24,000 nt of DNA, taken from an uncultured delta proteobacterium. GTDB lineage: Bacteria > Desulfobacterota > Desulfobacteria > Desulfobacterales > SG8-13. Where the stretch lies: positions 5,787 through 29,786 of the forward strand of contig CAVRBA010000028.1 in the NCBI GenBank assembly GCA_963719015.1, in the 5' to 3' direction. Every line of letters starts with the position of its first letter. The stretch's first letter is position 1. Below are positions 10,455-19,714 of the stretch, piece by piece. The notes beneath the pieces are model-generated. The model had not been told where the DNA came from. It saw only the letters and a list, made by a program, of their open reading frames with translations, and did not search any database. Both the position numbers and the translations under genes were made by a program.

Positions 10455-12243
10455 CTATCCAGTAAGTGGAACCCGGAGGGTGAATGTTGTCCCCTGCCCG
10501 GCAGGACTCGCCACATCGATTCTTCCGCCGTGGGCATCGACGATATTGTGGGCGATCGCCAGACCCAGACCGGTTCCGGTTGACTTGGTGGTATAGTAAG
10601 GGTCGAAAACTTTGGATAAATTCTGTGCGGGGATGCCATGACCGGTGTCGGCAACGCGGATGATGATCCAACGCCCCTCTTCATCCTTATCCGCATCGAC
10701 GGTCAGACGGCCACCGGATTCCATGGCCTCCAGTGCATTCAGAAATAGATTCAACAGGACCTGGTTGATCCGGTCCGTGTCGAGGGAGGCTTCGCGCAGT
10801 CTCTCGGCGGTATGCCATTCGACATGGATTTCCTTCTCATTCGCCTGGGCTTCCACCAGTTTAAGGGCATCTGCGATCAGCTGCGGAACCGACACCTTTT
10901 TCGGAATGATTTTGATCGGCCGGGCAAAATCGAGCAACTGGCCGATCACCCGGTTTAGTCGATCGACCTCCTGAATCATGATCCCGGCGATCTGCTGATC
11001 CTCTGGTTTGTCACGGTGGCGCTCCTTGAAATAAGTGGCAAACCCCTTGATGGAGCTAAGGGGATTGCGAACCTCGTGAGCCACTCCGGCTGCCAAACGC
11101 CCCACGGACGCCAGGCGTTGGTTACGAAGTATTTCTTTGCGAAGCGAGTGGACCTCCCGCAGATCCTTGAGAAGCAGAACAAATCCGAGAAAATGCTTTT
11201 CGCCATCGTGCAAGGGACTGGCGCTGAATGACAGGGGAAGGCGATCTCCACTTTCGAGAAGACAGTCGATTTCTCTCTCGATCACATCGCCGGTCGGTGA
11301 CATCCTTTCGATCTCGCCGAAGTATTTCACCCGGCAATACATCTGCGGCAGCACGTCCAATGACCAGATCCGGTGCAAAACCGAGAATCGACTGCGCCAC
11401 CTGGTTGAACGAGGCGATTTGACGCCGATCATCGAGAGCAATCAACCCGATGGGCATGTTTTCGACCAGATTGTCCGAAAAGGCCTTTATTCGGTCTAAC
11501 GACGCACGGGTGGACCGGTAACCCTGGGTCAAGAAAAGCAGCAGTATGCCGGACACGCACACCAACAGCAAAACGACCGCCATCACGATCGTGTGGCGGG
11601 AATCGGCCAGTTGAGCGGCAAGGATGGCGGAATTGTCGAGCCCCACAAAAATGAACTGCGGTGCCTGGGAATTCCGTTGACCCATCGGAAACGCCGGCAT
11701 CGTGTGCGGTGGTACCCCTTTTCTGCCTGGCATCCGCCCCCAAGGAGGTCCGGAGGGATCAAATCGTCGATACACCTCAAAAGACTCACGCCCGTCAACC
11801 GACTTAACCCGCCGCCATTGTACCGATTGTGTTTGGAATATCTGGTCGAAATCGAGGTCGCGACCATACGTCTGACCGACTTGGGTGAGATCGCTGTGGG
11901 CAAGAATGGCCCCGCGGGCATCGGTAACCATTAGATAAATGATGTCAGGTTGCTGCGCCGTTTCGGATAGCAGGTGCTGGAGTTTGAAACCACCCATCAT
12001 ATGGCCCATCATTCCGGTCCGGGCTCCGGCCTCGAAAGAACGGATCAGCGCTGCGCCTTCTTCTACGAGCAACCGGACGGTGTTTTCCTTTTGCCGGTTT
12101 ATGTTCTCAACAGTCAGAACGGTAAAGACCGGAATCAGTATGAGAACCGTTCCGATGAAGATCCAGACCGGTACACCGGTCCAGAGCCGGTTCATTTTTT
12201 TTGATATTTGCATGGATTGTATGCGAAGCAAATCCGGTGCCAA
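10455..12243 (-). pseudogene. Membrane-bound PAS sensor histidine kinase, ORF broken by a one-base frameshift (cognate of the downstream NtrC-type regulator)
   Basis: Frame A (11122..12243) encodes two TM helices, a periplasmic sensor domain and the start of a PAS domain (ENMPIGLIALDDRRQIASFNQVAQSILGF...VLPGE). Frame B (10455..11441) continues YFGEIERM...HEVRNPLSSIKGFA...GTGLGLAIAHNIVDAHGG. The frames join near 11320-11335. Confidence 0.85.
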
Positions 12244-12612
12244 CCACAGAAACCGTGTAAGGGATACCGTTTAGTCCAGAGATTTTATGAGCTCTTCGAG
12301 TGAGCAATCCCGGCCGGTTGTACCCGTCTCCAACCGGGATTCTGATTCTGAATAAAAATAGGGGCGACTGGAGATTTTGGCAACAGAAGGGTGTAACTTT
12401 TTTACCCGTAGCAAAAGGGGATAAGGCCTAAAAATGTATATTTATTACCCATAGTGGTGAGAATGGTCGTTGGAATTTCTGTAACACTTGATGGTACGAT
12501 CGAGTATCCAATTTATAAATCAGAATTCATTTTACTGGGAAGGCCGCAGAATAAAAGCCTGGCCGATAACACCGCCCCGGGGCAAAAGAGTCATTTATGG
12601 ATGGATACTGGC

Positions 12613-13098
12613 CTAATCGAGGAGATTTTTAACTGCCAGGAAGGTCAAAAATAGCGAAGTAACCAGGCCGATGATGCCAAAGACCGTCGGCCGCCGAAAT
12701 ACAAGGGCATCCACGTTCTCGAAGGGGCGATCCAATTTATCCCACAGCGGTTTGGTCACAAACCAGGTGTCCACCCGCTTTTCGATCTGCCGCATTTGCT
12801 CGGGGCTGAACAACAAGATCGATCCAATCAGCATGCCGATCACGCCGGCAATTTTACCGATCAAGGCCATGGAGCTGAAAAGGATCTCATCGATAGTATT
12901 GAATTCTCTGTCAGCGAAAAATACTTTCAGGAAGCCATCAACATCGAGACGATAGAATAAAAACACCAGAATAAACGCCGAGGCGACCATCAGGCAGACC
13001 CCGGAAATGATGTTGTGGCGGTAGATCAGGTTGTCGGTCGGAATATCTCTATCGACGAAGTGCGTTATTTTTGAGTCAATGTCCACCGCGCGGTTCAA
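12613..13098 (-). CDS. Hypothetical membrane protein (about three TM helices)
   Basis: 161-aa ORF with hydrophobic segments 'ISGVCLMVASAFILVFLFY', 'MALIGKIAGVIGMLIGSILLF' and 'VFGIIGLVTSLFLTFLAV'. The given start is TTG. Confidence 0.7.
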   Translation of the reverse strand: MNRAVDIDSKITHFVDRDIPTDNLIYRHNIISGVCLMVASAFILVFLFYRLDVDGFLKVFFADREFNTIDEILFSSMALIGKIAGVIGMLIGSILLFSPEQMRQIEKRVDTWFVTKPLWDKLDRPFENVDALVFRRPTVFGIIGLVTSLFLTFLAVKNLLD

Positions 13099-13113
13099 AA
13101 TCGCGCTGTGTTT

Positions 13114-13230
13114 TTAAAGCCTCAGCGGTGCAAGCAGCAAAAGCAGGGAAAGGAACACACCGATAGCACCGACGACCAGAGTAAAAATCTCGATCGCTTG
13201 AAGGAAAATTTCTCCAAAAAATTTTTCCAT
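13114..13230 (-). CDS. Small single-pass membrane protein, 38 aa: MEKFFGEIFLQAIEIFTLVVGAIGVFLSLLLLLAPLRL
   Basis: Not in the supplied ORF track. ATG at 13230 is preceded by CAGGAG with an 8-nt spacer, there is a strongly hydrophobic TM segment, and it sits directly upstream of and in the same orientation as the 161-aa membrane protein gene. Confidence 0.62.
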   Translation of the reverse strand: MEKFFGEIFLQAIEIFTLVVGAIGVFLSLLLLLAPLRL

Positions 13231-13594
13231 CCACCAGTCTCCTGAATGTCGTTGATGCCGCTGCGCCTTTTTTCGAGAGCATGACCGGGGCGGTTTCCCG
13301 ATCGGCGAAAAATGGGGATTTAGTGTCAGTTATTATACAGGGGAAGCGGCACGCTCGCAAGGTGTTTCCCCAGCCATCCGGCAGCGCATCGGTCCGGCGG
13401 TGGCAGAAGCGCCTGGTTACTGAATCTCAAACCCAACTGATCGTGCACAAATAAAACGATTCCGTTCGATTTCCCTACTTGACTCTTTTCGGGCCGGTTC
13501 ACTATAAGGTGTCCATGGGCAATAGTGAATAATCTGCATTCAGACACTCAACATTTGCAACACCACTTAATTTTACCGGCGAAAGGACGGAATT

Positions 13595-14252
13595 ATGAGC
13601 ACCAGCCCCATAGACACTTACTGGAAAATCCGTCTGGGAGCGCTGAAGAAGGCGCTGGAAGCGAACAATTTCGAAGCATACGTGTGTGGTGATGCAGCCG
13701 AGGCAAAAAAGCTGGTCATAGGAACGATCCTATCGGTGGTGAAACCCGCCAGCATATCCTGGGGCGGCTCGATGACCTTCTCTGCCTCCGGTCTCTATGA
13801 CGACCCTCAAGGCCCGACCGGGCATCGAGATCCTCGATACATTCGACAAAACGATACCGGCAGATGAGATGCTGGAGCGCCGGCGTCGGTCTCTGCTGGT
13901 GGATCTCTTTTTCAGCGGCACGAATGCTGTTACCGAAACTGGTCAACTCGTCAATCTCGATATGATCGGAAACCGGATCGGCGGGATAACGTTTGGACCC
14001 AAACATGTCGTGATCCTGGTCGGCCGCAACAAGATCGTCTCCGATCTTGAAGAAGCCCTCTATCGCATCAAAAACTATGCGGCACCGGTCAACGTTATGC
14101 GATTGGGAAAAAATACGCCTTGCCGCAAGACCGCCATATGTGATGAATGCAAGAGCCCCGATCGGATCTGCAACACGTGGACCATCACCGAAAAATCATT
14201 TCCAAAAGGTCGGATCAAGGTGGTTCTGATCAACGAAGAACTGGGGTACTAA
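13595..14252 (+). pseudogene. LUD-domain (YkgG/LutC-like) protein, ORF broken by a one-base frameshift
   Basis: 13595..13867 encodes 'YWKIRLGALKKALEANNFEAYVCGDAAEAKKLV...SWGGSMTFSASGLYD'. 13797..14252 continues 'LKARPGIEILDTFDK...FFSGTNAVTETGQLVNLDMIGNRIGGITFGPKHVVILVGRNKIV'. The junction is near 13800-13808. Confidence 0.85.
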
Positions 14253-14394
14253 ACCTGATTTTTTGAAGCGCATTCGCGCTGGTTGCATGGGCATACATTT
14301 AGCGCGGCTGTAGTCGGGTAACAGCAAGCCCTGTGGACGGCGCCCCTGTCGCCTTTTTGCTTGACATGTGCCTCGCCAGACCTTAATCATCTTC

Positions 14395-14493
14395 AGTGTA
14401 CGCCTTGAAGCGTGGGGTGGCCGCATGAAGCGCGGCCTGAGATGATACCCTTCGAACCTGACCTGGGTAATACCAGCGTAGGGAAACGACACT
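14395..14493 (+). promoter_or_regulatory. TPP riboswitch (THI element) controlling the thi cluster
   Basis: GTGGGGTGGCCGC...GCGGCCTGAGATGATACCCTTCGAACCTGACCTGGGTAATACCAGCGTAGGGAA matches the THI-box core. A closing helix AGTGT/ACACT is possible at the ends. Confidence 0.95.
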
Positions 14494-14523
14494 ACATACC
14501 AATTCTCGGAACTGAACCTGTAT

Positions 14524-14555
14524 GCCGTTTCCCCATGGGAACGGCTCTTTTTTTT
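14524..14555 (+). terminator. Rho-independent terminator / attenuator downstream of the TPP riboswitch
   Basis: GCCGTTTCCC-CAT-GGGAACGGC (one bulged T) followed by TCTTTTTTTT, located between the aptamer and thiM. Confidence 0.85.
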
Positions 14556-14664
14556 GGGGGGGAGCATCCCCTTCCCGGTCCATTCAGCCTATACCGGAAC
14601 TGACGGTCAGCAAAAGGTAGTTCTCAATTTAAATATCAACATTAATATAAACAGGAGTCGCACC

Positions 14665-15474
14665 ATGGAGAATTTGCCGGCACAGGCCGCGCGGAACCTG
14701 GCAGAGATCCGGAAGCAGAAGCCGCTGGTCCACAACATCACCAACCTGGTTGTCATGAATTACACGGCCAATGCACTGCTGGCCATGGGGGCTTCGCCCG
14801 TTATGGCTCATGCCATCAGCGAAGTAGAGGAAATGGTCTCCTTTGCCGGGGCGCTGGTATTGAACATTGGCACTCTGACCGAAGACTGGGTCGAATCGAT
14901 GCTCACCGCCGGAAAAAAGGCGACCGCACTGGGCACTCCGATCATTCTCGACCCGGTCGGATCCGGCGCAACCAGCTTGCGGACGGTATCGGCTAAAAAA
15001 ATCCTGTCGCAGGTCGGCGTCGGCGTTCTCCGGGGTAACGCCTCCGAAATTCTTTCCCTGCGGCATGCCGACTCCCGCACAAAAGGCGTCGATTCGATCC
15101 ATGGTGTCGAAGATGCCGCCCAAGCAGCCGAAACGTTGGCGGTCGAATTGGCCACAACTCTCGCGATAACCGGACCTGTCGACCTCGTCACCGACGGTGA
15201 GCGAACGGTTCGGATCGCCAACGGTCATCCGCTAATGGCCAGTGTTACCGGAACAGGCTGCACGGCTACCGCGACGATCGGTGCTTTTTTAGCGGTCGAC
15301 CCGGATCCGCTAAGCGCCGCCGCAACGGCCCTGGCCTACTTTGGGGTGGCCGGAGAAGTAGCGGCAGAGACTGCCGCAGCGCCGGGCAGCTTCATGATCA
15401 AGCTGCTGGATGCCCTCTACACGATTACACCCGAAGATTTGCAGCACTGTTGCCGATTTGTAAACGGGCAATAG
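14665..15474 (+). CDS. thiM: Hydroxyethylthiazole kinase
   Basis: 'KPLVHNITNLVVMNYTANALLAMGASPVMAHA', 'LDPVGSGAT' and 'VTGTGCTATATIGAF'. ATG 14665 is preceded by CAGGAG. Confidence 0.95.
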   Translation: MENLPAQAARNLAEIRKQKPLVHNITNLVVMNYTANALLAMGASPVMAHAISEVEEMVSFAGALVLNIGTLTEDWVESMLTAGKKATALGTPIILDPVGSGATSLRTVSAKKILSQVGVGVLRGNASEILSLRHADSRTKGVDSIHGVEDAAQAAETLAVELATTLAITGPVDLVTDGERTVRIANGHPLMASVTGTGCTATATIGAFLAVDPDPLSAAATALAYFGVAGEVAAETAAAPGSFMIKLLDALYTITPEDLQHCCRFVNGQ

Positions 15475-15545
15475 TATCATGCCGCCGCTGCCGAGCAGAC
15501 ACGCGAATCAGCCGGGAAATCATTCACTACCGGGACGTTTCCACC

Positions 15546-16196
15546 ATGAAACCGGAAAACATCGATTACAGCCTATATCTGGTGACAGACAGAGGCCTTT
15601 CCCGCGGTCGATCGACCCGCGAGATTGTTGAATCAGCCGTTCGTGGCGGTGTCACTTGCGTGCAACTCAGGGAGAAAACAGCCACCACACGAGAGTTTAT
15701 CCACGAGGTCCAGGGGATAAAGGATCTATTGGCATCCCTGCACATTCCCCTGATCATCAATGATCGGCTGGATGTGGCCCTGGCCGTTGGAGCCGAAGGC
15801 GTTCACCTGGGGCAAAAAGACATGCCCCTTGAGATGGCCAGGACCATTTCAAAAGGACGGATGCTCATCGGTATATCGGTCGAATCCGTCGAAGATGCCA
15901 TAGCGGCGGAAAAGGGCGGGGCGGATTATCTCGGTGTCAGCCCTATCTATAAAACACTAACCAAGACCGACACGGCACCGGCCCTCGGTTTGGAGGGTCT
16001 TGCGGAAATCCGTCGGATCGTGAAGCTCCCGTTGGTCGCCATCGGAGGCTTGAATCGGGACAATACCGCTGCCGTCATCTGCAACGGTGCCGACGGTGTG
16101 GCGGTGGTCTCGGCCCTTGTCGCCGCCGAAGATCCGGAACGGGCAGCTCGACGGCTGATGCACGTCATTCAAAAGGCCAGAAAAAGATGCGTCTGA
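15546..16196 (+). CDS. thiE: Thiamine-phosphate synthase
   Basis: 'YLVTDRGLSRG', 'VQLREK', 'LIINDRLDVALAVGAEGVHLGQKDMP', 'GADYLGVSPIYKTLTK' and 'VAIGGLN'. Start set at ATG 15546. Confidence 0.95.
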   Translation: MKPENIDYSLYLVTDRGLSRGRSTREIVESAVRGGVTCVQLREKTATTREFIHEVQGIKDLLASLHIPLIINDRLDVALAVGAEGVHLGQKDMPLEMARTISKGRMLIGISVESVEDAIAAEKGGADYLGVSPIYKTLTKTDTAPALGLEGLAEIRRIVKLPLVAIGGLNRDNTAAVICNGADGVAVVSALVAAEDPERAARRLMHVIQKARKRCV

Positions 16197-17200
16197 AAGA
16201 AATCGGAGAGTTCGGTTTTATTGACCGTATCAGCCGGGGGTGTTTAATCCAGCCGAAAGGGATCGTCAAGGCCATCGGTGACGACGCGGCTGCTTTTCGG
16301 ACCGAGGCCGGCCACCTGACGCTTGTGACCACTGACCTTCTGGTGGAGCGCGTCCACTTTCTACGAGATGCCACCAGTGGCTTCAATCTCGGGTATAAGG
16401 CCCTGGCCGTCAACCTGAGCGACATCGCCGCCATGGGCGGAACAGCCGGTAACGCGTTTGTCAGCATCGCTATCCCGGAAAACTGCACTCTCGCCGAACT
16501 CGAGGACATCTACCGGGGGATGAAATCTCTGGCCGCCCCTTACAAGGTCAATATCCTCGGCGGTGATACCACACGTTCCACCCGCGACCTGATTATCAAC
16601 CTCACTGTAACCGGCACGGTTTTGGAAAGTGAAATCCTTTATCGTGACACCGCCAAGGCCGGAGACGTGATTTTAACGGACGGATTTCTCGGTGATAGCC
16701 GCGCGGGACTCCACCTGCTACTGAACCGGATCAAAGCGGACAAACCCTACCTCGAAGCCCTTCTGAATGCACATCTTCTGCCGCGCCCCCGTCTGCACGA
16801 GGGCCGCTTTCTGGCCCGCCGGCCAGGTGTTCATGCCGCCATAGATGTCAGTGACGGTCTCAGTTCCGACCTCGGTCACATCCTGCGCGAAAGCAAGGTC
16901 GGTGCACGCCTTTTCGGTGATCGGATACCGCTCTCCCCGGCCCTGGAGCAATTCTGCCGTCACCTGGGATTCGATCCCGTCAACCATGCTCTGGCCGGAG
17001 GAGAAGATTACACGCTTCTCGTGACAGTCGATCCAGCTGACGCCGACGCACTTGTCAGGGATTTCGACGAAACTTTTCACCGTCCGCTTTTCCGAATCGG
17101 TGAAATAACCGACACCAAGTCCTTCGAGCTGATTGAAACTGACGGCGAGACGCGAACTATCGCTCCCACAGGTTGGGATCACTTCAAAAAGGAGTCATGA
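16187..17200 (+). CDS. thiL: Thiamine-monophosphate kinase
   Basis: 'MRLKEIGEFGFIDRI', 'GIVKAIGDDAAAF', 'TTDLLVERVHF', 'LSDIAAMGG', 'DVSDGLSSDLGHI'. Overlaps thiE by 10 nt. Confidence 0.95.
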   Translation: MRLKEIGEFGFIDRISRGCLIQPKGIVKAIGDDAAAFRTEAGHLTLVTTDLLVERVHFLRDATSGFNLGYKALAVNLSDIAAMGGTAGNAFVSIAIPENCTLAELEDIYRGMKSLAAPYKVNILGGDTTRSTRDLIINLTVTGTVLESEILYRDTAKAGDVILTDGFLGDSRAGLHLLLNRIKADKPYLEALLNAHLLPRPRLHEGRFLARRPGVHAAIDVSDGLSSDLGHILRESKVGARLFGDRIPLSPALEQFCRHLGFDPVNHALAGGEDYTLLVTVDPADADALVRDFDETFHRPLFRIGEITDTKSFELIETDGETRTIAPTGWDHFKKES

Positions 17201-17203
17201 AAC

Positions 17204-18043
17204 ATGTCAGCGGACAAGAATGGAGCGGCGGTCCACCGCGGTTACACGAGAGTGTTGACTATTGCCGGATCAGACAGTGGCGGCGGGGCTGGGATCCAGG
17301 CCGATCTCAAAACTTTTTCGGCTTTGGGTTGCTATGGAATGTCAGTCATCACGGCATTGACCGCTCAAAATACGATGGGAGTGACGGGTATCCATACGGT
17401 GCCGCCCGCCTTTGCCAACCAACAGATGGCAGCGGTTATCGGCGACATCGGTGTCGATGCCGTTAAAATCGGCATGCTCTATTCTGCTGAATTGATCGAA
17501 TCGGTCGCCGATAGCCTGGTAAAGTACGGTGTGGACACCATCGTTCTCGATCCGGTCATGGTTGCCCAAAGCGGTGACAAATTGTTGCAGGATGAGGCTA
17601 TTGTGGCTCTCAAAAGGACTCTGGTTCCCTTGGCAACGGTGGTAACGCCGAACCTGCCGGAAGCGGAAGTCCTACTGGGGCGCAAAATTGACGGATTAGA
17701 TGGCATGCAGGCGGCTGCCAGAGACTTGGCTAAACTGGGCTGCCGCAGTGTTCTCGTCAAAGGTGGCCACATGCAAACAGCGGATAGCAGCGATGTGTTA
17801 TTTATCGGCAGCGAAAACCGTATCGTGGTCATGCCGGACCGGCGCGTAACGACCCCCAACACCCATGGTACCGGCTGCACATTGTCTTCCGCTATCGCCG
17901 CTCACCTGGCCAAAGGCCTTGATATCGAAGCGGCCGTCCAAAGCGCCAAACAGTATGTTGCCAGTGCGATCCGGGCCGGGGCGGCCTATCGAATCGGACA
18001 AGGCAGCGGACCGGTGCACCACTTTCATGAGTTTTGGGAATAG
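17204..18043 (+). CDS. thiD: Hydroxymethylpyrimidine / phosphomethylpyrimidine kinase
   Basis: 'VLTIAGSDSGGGAGIQADLKTFSALGCYGMSVITALTAQNTMGV', 'VLDPVMVAQSGDKLL' and 'TPNTHGTGCTLSSAIAAHLAKG'. Confidence 0.95.
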   Translation: MSADKNGAAVHRGYTRVLTIAGSDSGGGAGIQADLKTFSALGCYGMSVITALTAQNTMGVTGIHTVPPAFANQQMAAVIGDIGVDAVKIGMLYSAELIESVADSLVKYGVDTIVLDPVMVAQSGDKLLQDEAIVALKRTLVPLATVVTPNLPEAEVLLGRKIDGLDGMQAAARDLAKLGCRSVLVKGGHMQTADSSDVLFIGSENRIVVMPDRRVTTPNTHGTGCTLSSAIAAHLAKGLDIEAAVQSAKQYVASAIRAGAAYRIGQGSGPVHHFHEFWE

Positions 18044-18091
18044 AACGAGGATTATAGACAATTGAAGGGTCGCCGGGTTTCTCTCTCACAT

Positions 18092-18193
18092 CTTTATACC
18101 GCTTTTCAAAAATAATATCCGAAATACGGAAGGGTGGTATAAGTAATTGTAGAAAAAAACGTTCGATTAACGGAACGTTTTTTTGACAACCAC
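18092..18193 (+). repeat. About 100 bp repeat element, copy 1, inverted relative to copy 2 at 20108-20207. It contains a probable bidirectional terminator hairpin.
   Basis: ctttataccgcttttcaaaaataa...gaagggtggtataag(taattgt)agaaaaaacgttc...gaacgtttttttt gacaaccac. Perfect 11-bp stem AAAAAACGTTC/GAACGTTTTTT at 18153-18182, lying between thiD (+) and hgcB (-). Extends over the same length as copy 2. Confidence 0.8.
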
Positions 18194-18216
18194 TAAAATG
18201 AGAGCGGAAAGGGTGT

Positions 18217-18492
18217 TCAGCAGCAAGCCGCCGAATGTTTACCCTTGATCCAGGTCTGAATGATGTAGGCGGCGCATCCAACTCCCGGTGAGACACGAAT
18301 TGCCGCAACCGGACAATTGTTGGCGCAGGCGCCACACTCCATACAACCATTGAAGTCGGCCACGAGAGCCTTTCTTCCTTCCACCACCAGAACGCCATGC
18401 GGACAGACCGCCGCACACATACCGCATCCCACGCAAGCGTCCGCATCGAGGGACAGTGTGGCAACATCAGGAAGATACCTGAAGGTTTTCAT
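18217..18492 (-). CDS. hgcB: Mercury-methylation ferredoxin HgcB
   Basis: Two 4Fe-4S motifs CVGCGMCAAVCP and CMECGACANNCP, a conserved downstream Cys in 'GVGCAAYIIQTWIKG', and a C-terminal vicinal Cys pair (SAACC). Directly downstream of hgcA. Confidence 0.94.
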   Translation of the reverse strand: MKTFRYLPDVATLSLDADACVGCGMCAAVCPHGVLVVEGRKALVADFNGCMECGACANNCPVAAIRVSPGVGCAAYIIQTWIKGKHSAACC

Positions 18493-18553
18493 CTCATTTC
18501 CTTTCACGGATGGACACGAAACGAACTTATCCAACCGGCAACGGGCCTGACAA

Positions 18554-19675
18554 TCACGCGAAAGCCGCCGCCACCCATATGGTTGCAGCGGAAAGAACGG
18601 CGGCCCCCTGCCAGGGAATCGCTCGGCGCATCTCCTTTTCGACACCCGAAGGCGATGTAAAGGGCGTTGCGCCCGTGAAGTTCATGGATAGAATGGAGCT
18701 GAAAGCAACCGTGCAGATCAACAGAGACAACAGCTCCCACCCGTTGAGGTTGTGCCAAGCGGCCACTGCCAGCGTCACCCCTGATAATACCCCGGTAAAG
18801 AGGCCTTTCAATGCAAAAGCCCGTGCGGGCAGCCAGGGCAGCAGAAGCGGTACGGCAATAGCGCCACCGATGATTCCGGCCGCACAGGCCGCAGTCAGCA
18901 TCAACCCTCTGCGCCAGGCGTCGTCAAAAGAAAATCCGCCCGGGCCGATTCCGGAAAGGATGAATCCAACGACCAACACCCCAACCAGATATTTAGGGAT
19001 CACGGCAAGTTCCACCGGGATCAGAACGAAACGCTCCCTTAGGGAAAAAGTCACCTGACGCATACCGGCATCGGCATTGAGGCCAGATTCCAGAAAACGC
19101 TTTAGATCCTTGGCTCTGACAGGGCCCCATACGATCTCGAATCCACACTCTTTTTTTACACGATGGGCGGCGACACCGGTTGCCGCCAGCTGGGGCAGTA
19201 CAAGCCGCCGGTGTTTGACAAGCCGCTCCAAACCGGCATTCTTGACGCAACGCACCACCTCGGCGGTGGAGAACGTTCCCTTGCCGGCGGCACACCAGAC
19301 ATTGATTCCGCGTGTGTCGAGCACCAGGATCCAGGCGTCGATAGAAGTCAGCTCTCGGCGCAGAATATCGAAGGATAGCTTGTAGTTGGCCGTGACCAAA
19401 ACCGGTGAGTTTTCACTGGGGGTACCGGTACAATACAGCCCGGGAGCAATCAGATAGCTGTTGCGTCCGATGCCGCAACGGACTTTGACACCGGCAAGGA
19501 TATCGGTAGTGTCAAGGACGGTTCTGACCCGTGGAACTTCGCCAACAGATGTCTTTTCGAATTCGGTAACAAAATGCCATAATCGGTATCCCGGCCGCTC
19601 GTAGGGGCTACAGGGCGGGCCGGCGGGTGGACCGCAACAAACGGCCTCATCCGGAGCTTCTCCGGCAGCCTGCAA
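18554..19675 (-). CDS. hgcA: Mercury-methylation corrinoid protein HgcA (conservative ORF from TTG 19675; probable real start at ATG 19804 through an in-frame TGA, see findings)
   Basis: Corrinoid-binding cap-helix signature NVWCAAGK (19280-19303) in the context 'DAWILVLDTRGINVWCAAGKGTFST', 'SPVLVTANYKLSFDILRREL', a C-terminal multi-TM domain, and adjacent hgcB. Confidence 0.95.
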   Translation of the reverse strand: MQAAGEAPDEAVCCGPPAGPPCSPYERPGYRLWHFVTEFEKTSVGEVPRVRTVLDTTDILAGVKVRCGIGRNSYLIAPGLYCTGTPSENSPVLVTANYKLSFDILRRELTSIDAWILVLDTRGINVWCAAGKGTFSTAEVVRCVKNAGLERLVKHRRLVLPQLAATGVAAHRVKKECGFEIVWGPVRAKDLKRFLESGLNADAGMRQVTFSLRERFVLIPVELAVIPKYLVGVLVVGFILSGIGPGGFSFDDAWRRGLMLTAACAAGIIGGAIAVPLLLPWLPARAFALKGLFTGVLSGVTLAVAAWHNLNGWELLSLLICTVAFSSILSMNFTGATPFTSPSGVEKEMRRAIPWQGAAVLSAATIWVAAAFA

Positions 19676-19679
19676 ACGT

Positions 19680-19714
19680 TCCGACGCTGCACCTGCAGAC
19701 GCGGTTTTTGCTCA
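19680..19714 (-). promoter_or_regulatory. Candidate selenocysteine codon (TGA 19712-19714) and bacterial-type SECIS hairpin inside an N-terminally extended hgcA
   Basis: TGA GCAAAAACC GCG-T-CTGC-AGGT-GCAG-CGT-C-GG on the minus strand: upper stem CTGC/GCAG, loop AGGT containing GU, and a bulged U on the 5' side. The frame is continuous with HgcA on the 3' side and with an ATG/Shine-Dalgarno on the 5' side. Confidence 0.5.

Noticed and set aside
9061-10671. Full 536-aa ORF including a 76-aa N-terminal extension
   Set aside because: The extension (MDHHPRCRHRSW...) overlaps the 3' end of the kinase gene in another frame and is not receiver-like. The regulator clearly begins at MSEGNPILVVDDD (10443).
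12454-12654. 66-aa plus-strand ORF starting at GTG
   Set aside because: It overlaps the 3' end of the 161-aa membrane protein gene and has no recognisable features. Not enough support to call it.
13076-13360. 94-aa minus-strand ORF
   Set aside because: The out-of-frame 38-aa TM ORF within it has a better start and Shine-Dalgarno, and the 94-aa translation has no plausible features.
14629-15228. 199-aa minus-strand ORF opposite thiM
   Set aside because: Antisense shadow of thiM.
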